A DNA stretch of 64,000 nucleotides from assembly GCA_963739305.1 (NCBI GenBank), contig CAVTZU010000008.1, positions 1 through 64,000 of the forward strand, written 5' to 3'. The notes beneath the pieces were generated by a model. The model searched no databases, had not been told where the DNA came from, and was given only the letters and a program-made list of their open reading frames with translations. This DNA comes from Candidatus Bathyarchaeota archaeon. Its GTDB lineage: Archaea; Thermoproteota; Bathyarchaeia; Bathyarchaeales; Bathycorpusculaceae. Within the stretch, counting starts at the first letter, position 1; the number at the start of each line of letters is the position of its first letter. A program made the translations under genes and the position numbers. Shown here piece after piece: positions 60,813 to 64,000 of this stretch.

Positions 60813-61952
60813 TCATTTGAGATTGGCTTCTCCGTTAGTATTGGACATTATTGCTTTGATGCCCAGCCACTGCTGTGCTCCGAAACCTATGAAGAACCTC
60901 AGCCACAGCGTCAATAGACGCGTCAAGATCGTAGCCGTCGCCCCTATCAACCCGGGAACTCCGAAACCCTGGAAAAGCGCCGTTAAAGTGATTTCAGGAA
61001 GACCGACCTCGAAGGGAACGCCTATCGGTATTGACTTGACCGCGACAAAAATCGCCACGATGACGAGGATTGCACCCCACGGTACTTGAGGGTATCCGAT
61101 CGCTTGAAAAGTGAAATAGAAGACAAGGAGATTAAGAATCCAAGAGATTACAGAAAAGGAAGAAGCAAGGAACAGCGTTTTCGGAGCATGAAGGTACTCC
61201 TTGACGGCTAAGTGGAAATCCCGATGGGCTTGAAGAAATTCCTCCCTCACTGCGGTCAGTTTCCACCGGCCCCTGCTTATCCATTCGGCGAATCTAATCA
61301 GCCCGTCCAACAATCGGTGCGTCCATTTTTCCCTGAAGGAAAAGAAGACCACTATCAAGAAGAACATGCAGACCATTGCGATCAGAAAAAGTATCAGCGT
61401 CAGCATTATTCCGTGTAGAAGACTCTCAACGAGAAGAAAAGCTGCACCTGCCAACAATGATGCAATGGTGATTCCCATTCCGATTAGCCTCTGGGCCACG
61501 ATTGAAGCTGTGGCTTTTCCTGAAGTTCCATACTGCTCCTTGTTGACGAGGTAAATCCTCGCAAGTTCTCCACTGATGGACTCTGCGGGGATGATCGTAT
61601 CAACGTATATGCCAATCCACACAAAGGCCAAAGACTTCAAAAAGGAAAACCTCACTGATAGAAACCGCAGCAACAACTGCCAAGCACCCGTGAAAAAGAG
61701 CACATCGAGCAAGGACGCCGCGACAGCCAGAACGTAGTAATAGAAATTGACCTTCCAGACTTCTGCGATGATGGCTTGTACGTCTACGTTGAAAACATAA
61801 ATGTAGATAATGAACGCCGCTATCCCTATCAACGGAAGAGCCAAAGTCTTCCAAGTGAAATTATACTTCGGCGGCGAGGACAAATCTTCTGACACCTGTT
61901 TACCTAGGGCATGGAAGCATTGAGCAACATTATATATTTTGCCAAACTCCAA
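60813..61952 (-). CDS. UPF0104 / lysylphosphatidylglycerol synthase TM-domain (flippase-like) protein
   Basis: Multi-TM, SGELAR, IVAQR, P..VGLPE, ILTRLLTLW. Confidence 0.82.
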   Translation of the reverse strand: MEFGKIYNVAQCFHALGKQVSEDLSSPPKYNFTWKTLALPLIGIAAFIIYIYVFNVDVQAIIAEVWKVNFYYYVLAVAASLLDVLFFTGAWQLLLRFLSVRFSFLKSLAFVWIGIYVDTIIPAESISGELARIYLVNKEQYGTSGKATASIVAQRLIGMGITIASLLAGAAFLLVESLLHGIMLTLILFLIAMVCMFFLIVVFFSFREKWTHRLLDGLIRFAEWISRGRWKLTAVREEFLQAHRDFHLAVKEYLHAPKTLFLASSFSVISWILNLLVFYFTFQAIGYPQVPWGAILVIVAIFVAVKSIPIGVPFEVGLPEITLTALFQGFGVPGLIGATATILTRLLTLWLRFFIGFGAQQWLGIKAIMSNTNGEANLK

Positions 61953-62195
61953 GCCCCTATCATAGGGGTTTTTGCAGAAGTTACAGCCTCTCTATACAAA
62001 CATTCAGTTCTCTTCGTCCAGTTCGGAATTCAGGGTCAAACCGACGTTTACGCGTGTGCATACCTGAGGTCCGGCTGAGACCCAATATCCCCAAGAATAG
62101 ACATTATCTCTAAGGTCTCTGAAACCCACGTTCGCGACGTGCTTTTAAATACTTAAACCCAGTGGTGTAAACAAGAAAATGCGAAGTGACCTCAA

Positions 62196-63206
62196 ATGGC
62201 GCTACCAACAATTGTCAGAGAGATTGAAATCAAAAAGATCCACCCATCCAAACTCAACCCAAGAACGGAAGTGAACATAGAACGTTTAAACGAGTTAGCA
62301 GTCAGCATAAGAGAAGTCGGCCTATTGCAACCCATAATCGTTAGACCAATGGACGATGAGTACGAAGTCGTGTTGGGAGAAAGGCGATATCGAGCTTCAC
62401 AACAAGCGGGAATCGAAAGAATGCCAGTGATAGTTAGAGACTACACGGACGATGAGGTTGTCCAATTGAACCTTATCGAGAACATACAGAGGCAAGAGTT
62501 AAGCGCGATTGAAAAAGGAAAAGTCTGCAAGTACCTTCTCGAGAACTGCAGTGAGAAATATCCTTCGCAAACTTCGATAGCGAGAAAAATTGGAGTCAGC
62601 AGCGACTCCGTCTCACTATGGCTTAGAACCGTCGAGGTCGTTCCGAAAGAAGCCCAAGAATACATCGCTCCTTCAACGGTCTCTGGACAAGTACCTGAAG
62701 GCAAAATCGATTACCTAACAGCCGTAAAAGTGGGACGATCCGTGGAACAACCCGAAAAAAGAGTTGAATTAATCAAGAAGCTTGCGGAGAAAAAACGCCC
62801 ATCAAAAGACAAGGCCCAGATCATCGAGAAACTGATACGGCAACCCGAAAAACCAGTTGAACAGGCAATAAAAGAAGTCGAAGACGCCCCCTACGAAATG
62901 AAGTTCGAATCAATTGACAAGGACCCGCTGCTTAAAGGCGTCAAAACGCAGACCTCAAGACCGAACCTGCCAGACATCAAGGTGAAGACAGGCGCGGCAG
63001 TCCGCGTAGCCATATGGGAACCCCACGTCGCAGACATCCGAATCACCTCGATCGAAAGAAAGCGGCTGAAATACTTCAACGAAGAAGATGCAAAGAGAGA
63101 AGGGGGATACACCCTAGAGCAATTCAAAAAACAGTGGAAGAGAAACCATGGAGAATGGGACGAGAACCAGCTCGTCTACGTAATTCACTTCGAAAGAATA
63201 AAATAG
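62196..63206 (+). CDS. ParB/Spo0J-like protein fused to a C-terminal ASCH domain
   Basis: LAVSIREVGLLQPIIVRP..GERRYRA, LIENIQRQELS; C-terminal GVKTQTSR..EDAKREG..VYVIHFE. Confidence 0.85.
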   Translation: MALPTIVREIEIKKIHPSKLNPRTEVNIERLNELAVSIREVGLLQPIIVRPMDDEYEVVLGERRYRASQQAGIERMPVIVRDYTDDEVVQLNLIENIQRQELSAIEKGKVCKYLLENCSEKYPSQTSIARKIGVSSDSVSLWLRTVEVVPKEAQEYIAPSTVSGQVPEGKIDYLTAVKVGRSVEQPEKRVELIKKLAEKKRPSKDKAQIIEKLIRQPEKPVEQAIKEVEDAPYEMKFESIDKDPLLKGVKTQTSRPNLPDIKVKTGAAVRVAIWEPHVADIRITSIERKRLKYFNEEDAKREGGYTLEQFKKQWKRNHGEWDENQLVYVIHFERIK

Positions 63207-63216
63207 CGGTCTTTCC

Positions 63217-63999
63217 TCATCCAAGCAGGACGTTGTATTCCTGCTCGCTTCTAACTCCGAGACCCAGCTCAACCGCATGACGAATCTGCGTCATACCCCA
63301 CGGATTCCCCGAAAGGTTGGCACCCTCAAAACCTTCTATGACCTTAATGCTTTCAACGTCCATCGCAATCCTGTCTCCCGAAGCCATTATCAGATTCGGC
63401 TCTCTTACCTCGCCATGAAATGGCCCGCCCGTAATGAAACATTTCCTGCCATCCATGAGTATCAGGCTTGGATTGACGACCAAGTTAAGGTCAACAAGCT
63501 TCTCCTTCAAGTGCCGCAAGTGAAAACCCATTCGTTCACTGCCCTTCGTAAAACCAAAAGCCAGCTTCATGCTGAGAGAAAAGTCTGCTCGAAAATGAGT
63601 TTTCATGCAGCAACTATACACGAGCTTATCAACGCTAAGAGCTCGCATTGCCAGGCTGACGTCCGCAAGGAACTTGCCGCCAACTTTGGTCTTCATCCAC
63701 TTTTCTTCATCGAAGAAGACGACTTCCGCGCCCGTGTCCTTCAATTCGTTTAGTGCTCCGGCTTTTTCCATAATCCTTCGCGTGGAAGTACCCTGCATTG
63801 AAGACTCGCCTACGACAACTTCTCTCGCCCCGTGCTCAAACAACAACTCGACCAAGGCACGCAGAAAATCGGGGCTACTAGAGGCAGGCGGCGGGTCCGC
63901 GCTGTTGAAATTCGGTTTTAATAGCACGCTATCGCCCTTTTCGATGGTCTTTCCGAACCCACCTATCAAGTCAACAGCCTTCAGAATGTTGCCTTTCAG
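63217..63999 (-). CDS. DUF362 domain protein (5' end outside window)
   Basis: VLLKPNF, VGESS, KTH, SMKL, DRIAMD; frame open to the window edge. Confidence 0.85.
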   Translation of the reverse strand: MKGNILKAVDLIGGFGKTIEKGDSVLLKPNFNSADPPPASSSPDFLRALVELLFEHGAREVVVGESSMQGTSTRRIMEKAGALNELKDTGAEVVFFDEEKWMKTKVGGKFLADVSLAMRALSVDKLVYSCCMKTHFRADFSLSMKLAFGFTKGSERMGFHLRHLKEKLVDLNLVVNPSLILMDGRKCFITGGPFHGEVREPNLIMASGDRIAMDVESIKVIEGFEGANLSGNPWGMTQIRHAVELGLGVRSEQEYNVLLG

Positions 64000-64000
64000 G

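Noticed and set aside
154-63753. The many 60-180-aa track ORFs antisense to or nested in the called genes
   Set aside because: Shadow ORFs without motifs, overlapping well-supported genes.

Overview
Archaeal chromosomal DNA. TBP/TFB/Alba/aIF-1A/aIF-2beta/L35Ae, a crenarchaeal-type SSB, cohesin/dockerin proteins and an MttB-corrinoid pair point to a TACK archaeon, most plausibly Bathyarchaeia (inference). Housekeeping or metabolic blocks (about 1.8-6.2, 15.4-34.4 and 56.3-64 kb) alternate with accessory regions (1-1.76, 6.3-15.3 and 34.5-56.2 kb). The window opens at the right end of an element integrated in tRNA-His by an SSV1-type split integrase. The most striking unexplained structure is a family of 13 intergenic imperfect palindromes, core GGGGTAAAGT(T/C)TTATCCC, with a G/T-only left arm and an A/C-only right arm. 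They occur only in accessory regions and cut them into 1-2-gene cassettes, a candidate novel archaeal gene-cassette or recombination-site system. A second enriched junction motif, (CG)4-5 often followed by TAA/TAG, marks module boundaries and brackets a decayed tyrosine recombinase. Also present: an island of extra information-processing genes (TBP, TFB, Alba, L35Ae, two CxxC-x17-CxxC proteins, second aIF-1A, RPA-like) and a non-pyrrolysine MttB/corrinoid/GlcD/GlcF-HdrD operon. Several genes carry single-base indels that may be assembly errors. All calls come from reading the sequence; no searches were run.
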